Shown: one piece after another, positions 41,621-52,127 of the stretch | Numbering within the stretch: position 1 is the first letter of the stretch | Layout: the number at the start of each line of letters is the position of its first letter | Assembly (NCBI GenBank): GCA_963704165.1 | Contig: CAVPHD010000006.1 | Location: forward strand, 32,001 to 96,000 | Length of the DNA: 64,000 nucleotides | From: an uncultured delta proteobacterium | Lineage (GTDB): Bacteria > Myxococcota_A > UBA9160 > SZUA-336 | Direction of reading: 5' to 3' | Program-made: the position numbers and the translations under genes | Notes under the pieces: generated by a model | The model's input: the letters and a program-made list of their open reading frames with translations, nothing else | The model's database searches: none | What the model was told of the DNA's origin: nothing

Positions 41621-42367
41621 GTGAGCACCGACCCGGGCGCCGAGATCCGAAGCTGGCTTCTGTCCACCACGGCGGCGACGCTCTCGACGCTCGCCGCGGA
41701 ATCCGACGTCGAGGGATGGCCGTTCGGATCACTCACTCCGTTCGCGCTGCGCGCGGACGGGACGCCGGTCGTGCTCGTGTCCGAGATCGCACAGCACACC
41801 CGGAACCTGCGCCGCGACCCGCGCGCCTCGCTCTTCGTCCGCGATCCGGCGGCGAAGGGCGACGCGCAGGCGAGCTGGCGCGTCACGATCCTCGCTCGCG
41901 CCCGCGCGCTCGCGACCGACGACGTCGAGCTCGAGGAGATCCACGCGCGCTACCGGGAACGCGTGCCGGCTGCGTCGTCGTACCTGGAAACCCACGACTT
42001 CACGTATTTCGCGCTCGAGCCGGTGCGTGTGCGCGCGATCGGGGGATTCGGCGCGATCGGATGGTTCGAGCCCGATGCGATGCTTCGCGATCCGCTCGGA
42101 GCCGGTCTTCGCGAGGCCTCAGACGGGATCCTCTCTCACATGAACGCCGATCACGAGGACGCACTGCGCGAGATCGTCGAGGCCGCGAGCGGCACGCGCC
42201 CCGGACGTGCGCGGATGACCTCGATCGATCGCGCCGGGTTCCTGGTCCGCACCGAGGCGCCGGACGATCTTCGCCATGTCGGGTTCGGTCGCGAGATCGA
42301 GGCGAGCGACGCGCGCGAGGTCTTCGTCGGACTCACGCGCGCCGCGCGGACGGCGCGTTCGAGCTAG
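41621..42367 (+). CDS. HugZ-like split-barrel heme/flavin-binding protein with a DUF2470-like C-terminus
   Basis: 'GWPFGS', 'SEIAQHTRNL..DPRASL', 'HDF', 'IGGFG' and 'HMNADH'. Confidence 0.85.
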   Translation: MSTDPGAEIRSWLLSTTAATLSTLAAESDVEGWPFGSLTPFALRADGTPVVLVSEIAQHTRNLRRDPRASLFVRDPAAKGDAQASWRVTILARARALATDDVELEEIHARYRERVPAASSYLETHDFTYFALEPVRVRAIGGFGAIGWFEPDAMLRDPLGAGLREASDGILSHMNADHEDALREIVEAASGTRPGRARMTSIDRAGFLVRTEAPDDLRHVGFGREIEASDAREVFVGLTRAARTARSS

Positions 42368-42388
42368 TTCCGAGGATCGCCGGCGCGC

Positions 42389-43565
42389 TCAGAACCCGTG
42401 CAGTGTCGGAAACTCGTCGCGCTCGCGAACGCAGTCCCAGAGAAAGCAGGCGAGCCCGAGGTCGCCGGTCCAGAGCGAGGTTCGGCCGCGTCCGTGATGC
42501 GCCCGCTCGCCCTCCCACTGCCCGATCGCGTGCATCGCGAAGGCGCGCGCGCGGTCCAGCCAGATGCCCCCGCCCGTGCGCCGGTAGAGACACAGAAACG
42601 CGTAGCCGTTCCCCGCCGTGCCGTGACAGAGACCCGATCCCTTCGCGAGCGGTCCGGCGCGCCAGGTCAGCTCCCCGCCCATGCGCAGGAGTTCCTCGAG
42701 ACGCGAGCCCTCGCGCTTCGCGAGTCGCGCGAGCGCGACGATCACCCCCGGTGCCCCGTGACAGATCTGTACGAGCATCGCCTCGCGACCCGGGAGAGGC
42801 GTTCCGACGCTCTGCGGCCAGTTCGCAAACCCGTTCTCGACCCGCGCCGTCGAAACGAACGTGCGTTCGATCTCGGGCTCTAGGTCTCGCGCGTGGCCGG
42901 CCCGAATCAGCGCGCACGCGTTGCCCGCGAAGCCGTGCACGCAGCCGAGCATCGCGACGCGCGCCCCCCAGGACTGCGTCCAGAGCGCGCAACCGTGATC
43001 GGGGTCGAAGGCGAGCTTTCCCCGGATGCTCGTCGCCAGGTCTCGGACGAGCTCCCGAAGCCGCGGATCGCCCGTCTCCTCGACGAGCGCGGCCGTTGCG
43101 AGGAGCGCTCCCGGTTCGCCCGCGCAGAGCTCGTTCGATTCGTGGCCGAGACTCCCGCGCCCGGCCGCGATCAGGCGCTCGATGAAGACGCGGCCGCGCG
43201 TGACACGGTGACCGACGAGCGAGATTCCCACTTCACCGAACATGAAGCCGCTTCGCGCCAGCGGATGCGCTTCGATGCCGACGCGCGGGCGATCGACGAG
43301 CGACTCGACGATCGGGGTCCAGTCGCGGACTCGCAGGACGGCGCCCTGCTCCGCCAGTCGATCGATCGCGAAGATCACGCCGGCCGCCCCCGCGTAGAGC
43401 GCAACCGCGGGCGAGTCGCCATCGAGCGGGTGCGCGGGCCAGAGACGGCCCGGGTCGAAGACCCGCTCGGTCTCCGCGACGATCCGCGCCACGGTCTCCC
43501 GCGCGCGCGTCTCGTCCCAGGCGCGCTCGCTGCAGCGCTTCGTGGCGCTCGGACTCGAAGAGCAC
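42389..43565 (-). CDS. Stand-alone LanC-like protein, frameshift near 43520
   Basis: 'LYAGAAG', 'GCVHGFAG', 'QICHGAPG', 'GLCHGTAGNGY' and 'SLWTG'. Confidence 0.85.
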
Positions 43566-43573
43566 GTGCGCGC

Positions 43574-43945
43574 CTACTCGCGACCGTAGGTCTCGTGCGG
43601 CCGTGACGGCAGGAAGGCCTTCAGCTCATCGACGGCAGTTCGCTGATCGAGTCCGTAGTCGGAGACGTAGCTCGCGCGCGCGAGAATGTGCGTGGCCGCC
43701 GGGGAGGTCAGGAACTGGAAGTAGATCGCGAACGCTCCGCGAACGACGACCCAGGTCTCGGTCGGCGCAAAGGTGATCATGGGCGCGAGGATGATCAGCG
43801 AGACACCGAGCGTGCCGGCCTTGCCCGCCGCGTGCATGCGGCAGTACACGTCGGGGAAGCGCAAGAGACCCAGGCAGGCCACGACGATCAGGAACGTGCC
43901 GAGGATCATCATCACGGCGGCGAAGAGTTCGAGCAGGGTCGGCAT
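43574..43945 (-). CDS. mrpG: Mrp Na+/H+ antiporter subunit G
   Basis: 'GLLRFPDVYCRMHAAGK' and 'LTSPAATHILARA'. Confidence 0.92.
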   Translation of the reverse strand: MPTLLELFAAVMMILGTFLIVVACLGLLRFPDVYCRMHAAGKAGTLGVSLIILAPMITFAPTETWVVVRGAFAIYFQFLTSPAATHILARASYVSDYGLDQRTAVDELKAFLPSRPHETYGRE

Positions 43946-44220
43946 CAGAACAGCTTCCCCTTCTCGAGGTAGCGGGCGATCGCGACGGACCCGAGGTAGC
44001 TGACGAGCGTCAGGATCCAGACCGCGTCGAAGTACAGCGAGGAGCCGCCGAGCATGCAGAGAAGGCAGATCAGGCCGATGAACACGATCGTCAGCGTGTC
44101 GAGCGCGATCGCCCGATCCGCGGCGCTCGGACCGATCACCAGGCGGTGCAGGCACAGCGCCCCGCCGCCAAAGAGCGAGGCGACGCAGACGAGCGCGATC
44201 ACGTAGAGGAACGGACTCAT
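43945..44220 (-). CDS. mrpF: Mrp antiporter subunit F
   Basis: 'GPSAADRAIALD' and 'AIARYL'. Confidence 0.92.
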   Translation of the reverse strand: MSPFLYVIALVCVASLFGGGALCLHRLVIGPSAADRAIALDTLTIVFIGLICLLCMLGGSSLYFDAVWILTLVSYLGSVAIARYLEKGKLF

Positions 44221-44582
44221 GGGCTCTTCCTCGGCGGCCAGCCCCCGGGGCGCGTCCACTTCAGGATGTTCGCCTCGAGGGTCTGTCGGACGTCACGGCG
44301 CACCGCGTCGGGATCGTCGCCGACGTCGAGCGCGTGGATGATGATCTTCCGGTGATCCGACTCGATGTGGACCGAGATCGTTCCCGGCGTGAGCGTGATC
44401 GAATTCGCGAGCAAGGTGATCTCGAAGTCGCTCTCGCACTCCATGTCCACGGCGAGGAATCCGGGCCGGAAGTCGAGGTTGGGCCGAAGCACCGCCCGGG
44501 TGACCTGGTACGTCGAGACCGTGAGTGCCTTCAAGAAGATGAAGCCGTACCGGATCATGTAGCCGAACCGGACGAGGATCAT
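44217..44582 (-). CDS. mrpE: Mrp antiporter subunit E
   Basis: 'LLANSITLTPGT' and 'IHALD'. Confidence 0.92.
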   Translation of the reverse strand: MILVRFGYMIRYGFIFLKALTVSTYQVTRAVLRPNLDFRPGFLAVDMECESDFEITLLANSITLTPGTISVHIESDHRKIIIHALDVGDDPDAVRRDVRQTLEANILKWTRPGGWPPRKSP

Positions 44583-46129
44583 GGCGTCTCCGCTCGCATC
44601 GACGTCCGCAGCGTCGCGACTTCGGGGACCGGCACGAGCACCGCCTCCTGATAGGCGCGTGGATCGAGCAGGTCGCGGGCCGCGTCGTTCGCGAGCCTGA
44701 GGAAGGGCTCCGCCACGACGCCCATCAAGACCGTGAACGCCACCAGCACGGCCGTCGGCGCCATCATCCCGCGGTACCGGCCCACGGCCGACGCGCGCGA
44801 CGGCGCGCGCCAGAATGCGTAGTTCCAGATCTTGCTCATCGAGTACAGCGTGAGAAGGCTCGTCACGAGCGCCACGAGCACGATCACGAAGTGATCGCCT
44901 GCGAGTCCCGCGCGGATCAGCACGAACTTCGCGAAGAAGCCCGAGAACGGAGGCATTCCGGCGAGCGAGAACGCAGCGACGAGGAACAGCACCGAGACAC
45001 CCGGAGCGAGCTGCACGATGCCGCCCATCCCGCGCAGCTCCTGCGATCCCGAAACCCGCCCCGCGATGCCGCCGATCAGGAACAAGCTCGCCTTCACGAT
45101 GATGTGGTGGACGACGTAGAAGATCGTCGCCGCCACCGCGGCCTGCGCGACTCCCGCACCGCTCGCGGCGAGCCCGATTCCCATGATCATGTAGCCGACC
45201 TGGCTGATGATGTGCCACGAGAGGATCTTGCGGATCTCCCACTGGCACAGCGCGCCGAGCACGCCGAAGAGCATCGTGAAGCCCGACAGGATCAGCAGGA
45301 CCTCGAGCACGAGCTCGGCGCCGGGCTGACGGAAGCAGAGCACGAAGAGCCGGAGCAGCGAGTACACACCTACCTTCGTCAAGAGGCCGGCGAAGAAGCC
45401 ATTCATTCCCGCGGGCACGATCGGGTACGAGTCGGGAAGCCAGAAGAAGATCGGGAAGGCGGCTGCCTTGAGCGCGAATACGACCATCAGCACCATCGAC
45501 ACCGCGGTCACGAGCGCGGCCCGCTCGCCTTCGAGCTGCGCCGAGCGCAAGGCGATGTCGGCCATGTTCAGCGTGCCGAGGGTCGCGTAGACCAGACCGC
45601 AGCCGACGACGAAGAGCGTCGAGCCGATCGTGTTGATCGCGATGTACTTCATCGTCTGCCGGACCTGTTGCTTCGACGCGCCGACCATCATCACGCCGTA
45701 CGAGCCGATCAGCATGACTTCGTACGCGACGAACAGGTTGAAGAGATCTCCGGTGATGAACGACCAGTTCACGCCGAGCAGCAGGATCTGCGAGAGCGGG
45801 TGAAAGAAGTACCGCTCCTGCCGGGGCTCGGCGGTGAAGCACGTGTAGACGAGAACGATCGTCCCCACCGACATCGCGAGACAGAGCATGATCCCGGCCA
45901 GGCGATCCGCGACGAACGCGATTCCCCAGGGTGCGAACCAGCCGCCGATCACCGTCGCCTGGATTCCGTTCTGATCGACGTAGGTGAGCAGCCAGAAGAC
46001 GAAGACCGTGAGCCCCGCGCTCGAAATCAGATTGATCGCGCGCTCGAGCCGCGGGTGGCCGGAGAGCAGCGCGAGCAAGACCGCGGTGAGGAACGGCACG
46101 AGCACGGGAAGGACGAGCAGGCGATTCAC
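44579..46129 (-). CDS. mrpD: Mrp antiporter subunit D
   Basis: 'TGDLFNLFVAYEVML', 'GTLNMAD', 'FWLPDSY', 'LTKVGVY' and 'GMPPFSGF'. Confidence 0.95.
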   Translation of the reverse strand: MNRLLVLPVLVPFLTAVLLALLSGHPRLERAINLISSAGLTVFVFWLLTYVDQNGIQATVIGGWFAPWGIAFVADRLAGIMLCLAMSVGTIVLVYTCFTAEPRQERYFFHPLSQILLLGVNWSFITGDLFNLFVAYEVMLIGSYGVMMVGASKQQVRQTMKYIAINTIGSTLFVVGCGLVYATLGTLNMADIALRSAQLEGERAALVTAVSMVLMVVFALKAAAFPIFFWLPDSYPIVPAGMNGFFAGLLTKVGVYSLLRLFVLCFRQPGAELVLEVLLILSGFTMLFGVLGALCQWEIRKILSWHIISQVGYMIMGIGLAASGAGVAQAAVAATIFYVVHHIIVKASLFLIGGIAGRVSGSQELRGMGGIVQLAPGVSVLFLVAAFSLAGMPPFSGFFAKFVLIRAGLAGDHFVIVLVALVTSLLTLYSMSKIWNYAFWRAPSRASAVGRYRGMMAPTAVLVAFTVLMGVVAEPFLRLANDAARDLLDPRAYQEAVLVPVPEVATLRTSMRAETP

Positions 46130-46467
46130 GCGAGCGAGTCCGGTGGCAGCTGCTCGGGGTCGTCGGTCCCGTGATCGACGTAGACCTGGTACGAGACCGT
46201 GAGCAAGAGCGCTCCGACCGCGAAGCTGATCACGATCGCGGTCAGGATGATGTCGGGCGGCAGTGGGTCCATCATCGGACCCGCGCCGTCCCGGATGAAC
46301 GGGGACTCCCAGGCCGCCGAGTAGCCGCCGCACGTGATCAGAAGCAGGTTTGCGGCGTTCGAGTAGAGCCCGAAGCCCATGACGATGCGGATCAGGCTCG
46401 GGCGCAGGATCATGTAGGTGCCGGCCGCGAACATGATGCCGATCACGGCCGCCATCAGGAACTCCAC
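46126..46467 (-). CDS. mrpC: Mrp antiporter subunit C
   Basis: 'SNAANLLL' and 'DPLPPDIILTAIVISF'. Confidence 0.92.
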   Translation of the reverse strand: MEFLMAAVIGIMFAAGTYMILRPSLIRIVMGFGLYSNAANLLLITCGGYSAAWESPFIRDGAGPMMDPLPPDIILTAIVISFAVGALLLTVSYQVYVDHGTDDPEQLPPDSLA

Positions 46468-46880
46468 GGTCGATCCTCCATGCCGAGCTCGACGAAGAGC
46501 GTCATCAGCGTTCCCAGCACGATCAGGTAGACGCCGAGATCGAAGAACGTCGCGCTCGGCAGATGTCCGTGACCGAGCAGCGGCAGGTGGTAGTCGAGGA
46601 TCACGTGGTCCATGAACGCCGTGCCAGTGAGCAGCGGCACGGTTCCGCTCGCGAGCGCGCAGAGAAGACCGAGCACCGAAAGGCGCCACCACGGGAAGCG
46701 CGCTGCACGGTCGAGGCCGAAGGCCAGCAGATACATCGCACCCGCCGCCGATGCGATCACGCCGGCGATGAAACCACCCCCGGGCAGATCGTGGCCTTGC
46801 ATGAAGATCTGGATGGACAGGATCAGGCAGAGCGGAATCGCGAGCCGAGCAACCGTCCGCAGAATCGGCGATTCGTGCAT
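46455..46880 (-). CDS. mrpB: Mrp antiporter subunit B
   Basis: 'GHDLPGGGFIAG' and 'FDLGVYL'. Confidence 0.92.
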   Translation of the reverse strand: MHESPILRTVARLAIPLCLILSIQIFMQGHDLPGGGFIAGVIASAAGAMYLLAFGLDRAARFPWWRLSVLGLLCALASGTVPLLTGTAFMDHVILDYHLPLLGHGHLPSATFFDLGVYLIVLGTLMTLFVELGMEDRPWSS

Positions 46881-49228
46881 CAGCCCTCCGCCCTGCGCGC
46901 GCGCAGCAGTCCGTAGACGCAGAGCCCGACGACCACGAGGACGGTGATCTCGCCGGTCGTATCCATGGCGCGGAAGTCGACGATGATCACGTTCACGGCG
47001 TTGCGGCCTCCGGCCTCGCCGAGACTTCGCGCGAGGTAGTCCTGGCCGAGATTCCGCGTCTCGCGAAACGCCGGACTCGTGGCGAGCAGCACGAAGATGA
47101 ACATGGCGAAGCCGAACGAGCCCGAGACCGCCAGGTTCCAGGCGCTCTGCGCCGGGGAGAGACCATCGCGGCGGAACGTGGGCATGTGGTAGAGCACGAG
47201 CAGGATCACGACCGTCGAGACGGTCTCGATCAGGATCTGGGTGAGCAGGATGTCGGGCGAGCGGTAGACGGCGTAGACGAGCGCGACGAGAAAGCCGCTC
47301 GCGGTGAGCGCGAGCGCGGCACCGATGCGCGTCTCGGACCGGACGACCGCGACCGTCGAGATGACGATGAGCAAAGCGAGCCCGACGCTGAACCAGCCCA
47401 GGTTCTCGAAGCCGAGCTCGATGTTCGCGAGCGATACCCCGCCCGCCTCGAGGGCGAAGAAACCGGTCGCCGTCGTGAAGAGCACGATCACCGAGAAGTA
47501 CCAGCGCAGCGACCCGTTCTGCCACCACTGGCTGTAGCGCTCGGCGAAGCGCGTCACGCCCGCGACGCATCGATCCCAGACCTTCTGCGCATCGGGGAGA
47601 CGATCGAGACGGCCCTGCAACGCTTCGACGCGCGAGCGCGAGCGATAGAGAACGACACCGATCGCGATCCCGACGAGCGAGAGCACGAGCGGACCGACGT
47701 GGTGCGGAAGCAGCGAGATCTCGAGCCTTTCGTTCGGTGCCGACGACAGCGCGTTCGCGAATCGCCCGATCATTCCGGAGTCGGAGAAGAGCCCGAGTCC
47801 GAGTGCTGCGAGCGCGAGTACCGCGGGAGGCAGCCAGAGCGCCGGGCTCTCGCCGTGCGCGGCGTGTCCACCGTCGTGATCGTCGTGATGCCCTTGGGCC
47901 GGACGGCCGCCGAGGAAGGCGCCGATCAGGAACTTCAGACCGGCCGCGAGGAGAAAGGCGTTCCCGACCACGATCCCCGCGATCACGAGTCCGTGCACGA
48001 GCGGAACTCCGCCCAGCATCGGGCTCGCGAGCAGCGATCCGTACAGCGCCTCCTTCGCGACGAAGCCGAAGAGCGGCGGCAGGCCGCCCATCGAGAACAC
48101 GCAGAGCAGGCAGAGCACGAAGCTGATCGGCAGCTTCGTGCGCAGCCCGCCGAGCTCTCGCAGATCGCGCGTGCCGGTCGCGTGCTCGATGATGCCGGCG
48201 ACCATGAACAGCGTTCCCTTGTACGTCGCGTGCGACAGGATCTGCAGCGCATCCTGCTCGGGAATCCGCAGACCGTAAGCGAGCGTCACGAGTCCCAACG
48301 TCGAAACCGTGCTGTACGCGAGCAGCGCCTTCAGGTCGTTCTCGCGGAACGACTGCCAGGCGCCGAGGAAGAACGTCGCCAGTCCAACCGGCGCGACGAG
48401 GAGCGGCCAGATCTCCGACGCCGCGAAGAGCGGGCTCACGCGTGCGAGCAGGAAGATTCCCGCCTTCACCATGGTCGCGGAGTGCAGGTAGGTCGAGATC
48501 GGCGTCGGGGCGACCATCGCCCCGGGCAGCCAGAAGTGGAACGGGATCTGAGCCGACTTCGTGAACGCCCCGGCGAGAACGAGCAAGAGCGCCGGCACGA
48601 ACGCGGGCGAAGCGGTGAGCGCCTCGCGGCGCGTCTCGTCCGCGATGATCTCGCTCAGCGCGAACGATCCGGTCTCGAGTCCGATCAGTACGAAGCCGGC
48701 CAGCATCGCGAGGCCGCCCATCGCCGTGACGAGGAGCGCGGTGAGCGCGCCGGCGCGTGCCGCGTCGCGCTCGTACCAGAAGCCGATCAGCAGGTAGGAG
48801 CTGATGCTGGTGATCTCCCAGAAGAGGAAGAGCAGGACCAGGTCGTCGGCCAGGGCGATGCCGAGCATCGCGCCCATGAATGCGGTGAGCGCCGCGTAGT
48901 AGCGCCCGATGCGCGCGGCGCCGAGATCGGCCGACGTGTAGCCGAGCGAGTAGACGCTCACCAGGAATCCGATTCCCGCCACCAGCAGCGCGAAGAACGC
49001 GGCGAACCCGTCGGCGCGCAGTCGGAAGCTGATGCCGAGCGAGGGAATCCACTCGTGGCTTTCGAGGATGGCGCTCTCCGCGCCGACGAGCGGTAGGGCG
49101 GCCGCGAACGAGAAGCCCGCAGTCACGGCCATCAGCACGCCCGACCCGCGTCCGAGCACGCGACCGAGCAACGCGATGAGAAGTGCGCCGACGAAGGGTA
49201 CGACGACGATCGCGGAGAGCGGGCTCAT
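46880..49228 (-). CDS. mrpA: Mrp antiporter subunit A
   Basis: 'FWEITSISSYLLIGFW', 'TKSAQIPFHFWLPGAMVAPTP' and 'NAVNVIIVDFRAMDT.GE'. Confidence 0.95.
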   Translation of the reverse strand: MSPLSAIVVVPFVGALLIALLGRVLGRGSGVLMAVTAGFSFAAALPLVGAESAILESHEWIPSLGISFRLRADGFAAFFALLVAGIGFLVSVYSLGYTSADLGAARIGRYYAALTAFMGAMLGIALADDLVLLFLFWEITSISSYLLIGFWYERDAARAGALTALLVTAMGGLAMLAGFVLIGLETGSFALSEIIADETRREALTASPAFVPALLLVLAGAFTKSAQIPFHFWLPGAMVAPTPISTYLHSATMVKAGIFLLARVSPLFAASEIWPLLVAPVGLATFFLGAWQSFRENDLKALLAYSTVSTLGLVTLAYGLRIPEQDALQILSHATYKGTLFMVAGIIEHATGTRDLRELGGLRTKLPISFVLCLLCVFSMGGLPPLFGFVAKEALYGSLLASPMLGGVPLVHGLVIAGIVVGNAFLLAAGLKFLIGAFLGGRPAQGHHDDHDGGHAAHGESPALWLPPAVLALAALGLGLFSDSGMIGRFANALSSAPNERLEISLLPHHVGPLVLSLVGIAIGVVLYRSRSRVEALQGRLDRLPDAQKVWDRCVAGVTRFAERYSQWWQNGSLRWYFSVIVLFTTATGFFALEAGGVSLANIELGFENLGWFSVGLALLIVISTVAVVRSETRIGAALALTASGFLVALVYAVYRSPDILLTQILIETVSTVVILLVLYHMPTFRRDGLSPAQSAWNLAVSGSFGFAMFIFVLLATSPAFRETRNLGQDYLARSLGEAGGRNAVNVIIVDFRAMDTTGEITVLVVVGLCVYGLLRARRAEG

Positions 49229-49316
49229 CCGAACGGCGCACTCGCACCGAGCACAGGCCGAGCGTCGACACGCGCAAGCTCGACTCGATGACTCATCCGA
49301 CCCCTCCGGTCGCGTA

Positions 49317-50699
49317 TCATATACGGGCTTCGCGGAGAATCGGCGCGGGTGTGATGCGCAGAGCGAGCGCCGGCGATCCGTCTCCCGGACCGGGCAGCGT
49401 CACGTCGAGACCGTTCGCGTCGCTCGTGAACGGGAGCGGCCCCGTCCGGCCGAGGAGCTCGATCGTCGCATGCGGTGCCGCCGCGAGCGTGGGGATGCGG
49501 ACGCGCGGGTGCGCCGGCGTGCCGAGCAGGATCGCGTACACCGAATCGGCCTTGCGCGTGAAGCGCAGCTCGAGGCCGTCGTCCGTCGACGCCGACGCTC
49601 GAATCCACGGTCGCGTGCCGAAGATCGCCTCCGCATTCACGTCGAGCCACGCTCCCAGACCGACCAGCCGCTCGACCTGCGGCCAGGGGATCGATCCGTC
49701 GCCCGTCGGCCCCACGTTGAGCAGCAGGTTGCCGTTCTTCGAAACCACGTCGACGAAGAGGTGCACGAGCCTCTCGACGGACAGCAGGTCCGCGCTCGTC
49801 TCGGCGCGGTTCCAGCCGAACGAGTTGCCGATGCCGCGGCACGCCTCCCACTTCGTCGGGACGATGTCCGCGAGCACGCCGTACTCCGGCGTGGTGAAGT
49901 CGTGGTGTCGCTCCTCGACGGCGTAGCCGAACGTCGTGAAGCGGTTGTTCACGACGCCGTCGGGAACGCGCTGGTAGTAGTCGGCCATGAGCCGGAGCGG
50001 CTCCGCCGCTTTCGGGTAGCCGATGTCGTTCCAGAGCACCGACGGCTCGTAGCGCTCGATCAGCTCGCGCCAGTGCGCATCCGCATGAGCCGCGTACACC
50101 GCGCCCTGCGGGATCGCCTTCGCAAGGCCCGCGAGGTCGCGCACGGGCCGGCCTTCGAAGGGCCAGTCGATTCCGCCCGAGTAATAGAGCCCCATGCGCA
50201 TTCCGGCGCCGCGCACCGAGCGGGTCAGGTCGCCGACCAGGTCGCGCTCGCTCTGCCAATCGCGAAGATGCGGACTTCGGTGCGAACTCGGCCAGAGCAG
50301 GAACCCGTCGTGGTGCTTGGTCGTCAGAACCACGTAGCGCGCGCCGGCGCGCTCGAAGAGCCGCGTCCAGGGCTCCGGACTCCAGTTGCGCGTGGCCGCG
50401 CGGAACCGCGCGCCGAATCGCTCGTAAGGGAAGTCGCGCCCCCAGGTCGCGTCGTGATGTGCGCGCGTCGCGCTCTCGGGAAATGCGAGCGTGTTCCAGT
50501 ACCACTCCGCGTACGGGTTGCTCGCGAACGCCTTCTCCCATCCGTCCTTCGCGAGGTCGGGGATCGAGACGCCCGTGCGCGCCCAGGCGGGAATCGAGTA
50601 CGGGCCCCAGTGAACGAAGATCCCGAGCTTCGCGTCGTCGAACCATCGCGGCAGCGGGCGCTCGTCGAGCGAAGTCCGGAGCGGTTCGTACCGTGACAC
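49317..50699 (-). CDS. Alpha-L-fucosidase (GH29)
   Basis: 'WFDDAKLGIFVHWG', 'YAEWY', 'TTKHHDGF', 'LWND' and 'VSKNGNLLLNVGP'. No signal peptide. Start placed at GTG 50699. Confidence 0.92.
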   Translation of the reverse strand: MSRYEPLRTSLDERPLPRWFDDAKLGIFVHWGPYSIPAWARTGVSIPDLAKDGWEKAFASNPYAEWYWNTLAFPESATRAHHDATWGRDFPYERFGARFRAATRNWSPEPWTRLFERAGARYVVLTTKHHDGFLLWPSSHRSPHLRDWQSERDLVGDLTRSVRGAGMRMGLYYSGGIDWPFEGRPVRDLAGLAKAIPQGAVYAAHADAHWRELIERYEPSVLWNDIGYPKAAEPLRLMADYYQRVPDGVVNNRFTTFGYAVEERHHDFTTPEYGVLADIVPTKWEACRGIGNSFGWNRAETSADLLSVERLVHLFVDVVSKNGNLLLNVGPTGDGSIPWPQVERLVGLGAWLDVNAEAIFGTRPWIRASASTDDGLELRFTRKADSVYAILLGTPAHPRVRIPTLAAAPHATIELLGRTGPLPFTSDANGLDVTLPGPGDGSPALALRITPAPILREARI

Positions 50700-50763
50700 C
50701 GAGTGATCATACACGCGCGATGGCGCGTGTTATCCTGCGCGCACTTCCCAGAGGAGATGCGTC

Positions 50764-51414
50764 GTGAAGTTCTATGACTCGCTCGGCCCGAATCCCCGCC
50801 TGGTTCGCATGTTCATGCTCGAGAAGGGAATCACGATTCCCGCGGAACAGGTGGACATCATGGCCGGTGCGAATCGCCGCGCGCCGTACACCGACAGGAA
50901 TCCGAGCGGTCAGATGCCCGCACTCGAGCTCGACAACGGAAAGATCCTCGCGGAGACGGTCGCCATCTGCGAGTACCTCGAGGACAAGAATCCGAATCCT
51001 CCGCTCGTCGGCCGCTCGCCCGAGGAGAAGGCCGAGACGCGAATGTGGACGCGCCGGATCGAGCTGAAGATCACCGGGCCACTCACCGACGGATTCCGGT
51101 ACGGCGAAGGGCTCGCGATGTTCAAGGATCGAATGCGCACGATTCCGCACGCCGCGGGAGACCTGAAAACGCTCGCGCAAGAGGGCCTCGCCTGGCTCGA
51201 GGGTCAGCTCGCCGGCCGCCAATGGATCTGTGGTGATCGCTTCACGATGGCCGACATCGTTCTCTACGCGTTCCTCGATTTCGGGACGGGCGTAGGACAG
51301 CCGCTCAACGCCGAACACAAGAACGTGTCGGCATGGTTCGAACGCGCCGGAAAGCGGCCGAGCGCCGAGGCGAGCCTCCATCCGGTGGCGAAGGCCGGCG
51401 GAATGCGCGCCTAG
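50764..51414 (+). CDS. Glutathione S-transferase
   Basis: 'GPNPR', 'NPSGQMPALELD', 'ETVAICEYLE' and 'FTMADI'. Confidence 0.92.
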   Translation: MKFYDSLGPNPRLVRMFMLEKGITIPAEQVDIMAGANRRAPYTDRNPSGQMPALELDNGKILAETVAICEYLEDKNPNPPLVGRSPEEKAETRMWTRRIELKITGPLTDGFRYGEGLAMFKDRMRTIPHAAGDLKTLAQEGLAWLEGQLAGRQWICGDRFTMADIVLYAFLDFGTGVGQPLNAEHKNVSAWFERAGKRPSAEASLHPVAKAGGMRA

Positions 51415-52127
51415 AAGCTTTCTTTGTAGGGGCGCAGGTCGAGCTCGAGAGTCCAGGCGCTGCGCGGCTGAGCGAAGAGCGCGAAGTAAGCGTCGGCGAT
51501 CGCATCGGGCTTGAGCATGCCGTCCTCGCCAGCGCGCTCCTTCGCCGCCGGAAATCGCGAGAGCAACTGGTCGCCCTCGATCATTCCATCGACGATCACG
51601 TGCGCTACGTGCAATCCCTGCGGGCCGAACTCGCGCGCGAGGCCGTGCGCGAGCGCGCGCAGCCCCGCTTTCGCGGCGGCGAACGCCGTGAATGGCGGCT
51701 TCGCGCGGAGCGAGGCCGTCGCTCCCGTGAAGATCAGCGTGCCACCTCCGGCCGGAACCATGCGGCGAGCGGCTTCGCGGCCGACGAGAAAGCCCCCGAG
51801 ACAGCCGACCCGCCACGCCTGCTCGAAGAACGCCGCATCCATCTCCAGCAGCGGCCGGATCATGGCGTTTCCGGCGTTGTAGACCACGAGCTTCGGGGGT
51901 TCGTTGACCGTCTCAAAGACGCGAACCACGTCGGACTCGCTCGTCACGTCGCAGAGAATCGATGCGGCGCGTCCACCGGCGGCTCGGATCTCATCGACGA
52001 CCGCCCCGAGTTTCGCGGGCGTTCGGCCGGCCGCGAGCACGCCGAATCCTTCACGGGCGATGCGCCGGCACAGGGCGCCGCCGAGGCCCGCGCTCGCCCC
52101 GACACCGAAGACGATCGATTCAGCCAC
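51411..52127 (-). CDS. SDR oxidoreductase (atypical)
   Basis: 'GVGASAGLG', 'YNAG', 'FTGATAS', 'FAAAK' and 'HVAHVIVDG'. Confidence 0.9.
   Translation of the reverse strand: MAESIVFGVGASAGLGGALCRRIAREGFGVLAAGRTPAKLGAVVDEIRAAGGRAASILCDVTSESDVVRVFETVNEPPKLVVYNAGNAMIRPLLEMDAAFFEQAWRVGCLGGFLVGREAARRMVPAGGGTLIFTGATASLRAKPPFTAFAAAKAGLRALAHGLAREFGPQGLHVAHVIVDGMIEGDQLLSRFPAAKERAGEDGMLKPDAIADAYFALFAQPRSAWTLELDLRPYKESF

Noticed and set aside
42389..43565. Lanthipeptide biosynthetic cluster
   Set aside because: No dehydratase or precursor peptide is recognisable nearby.
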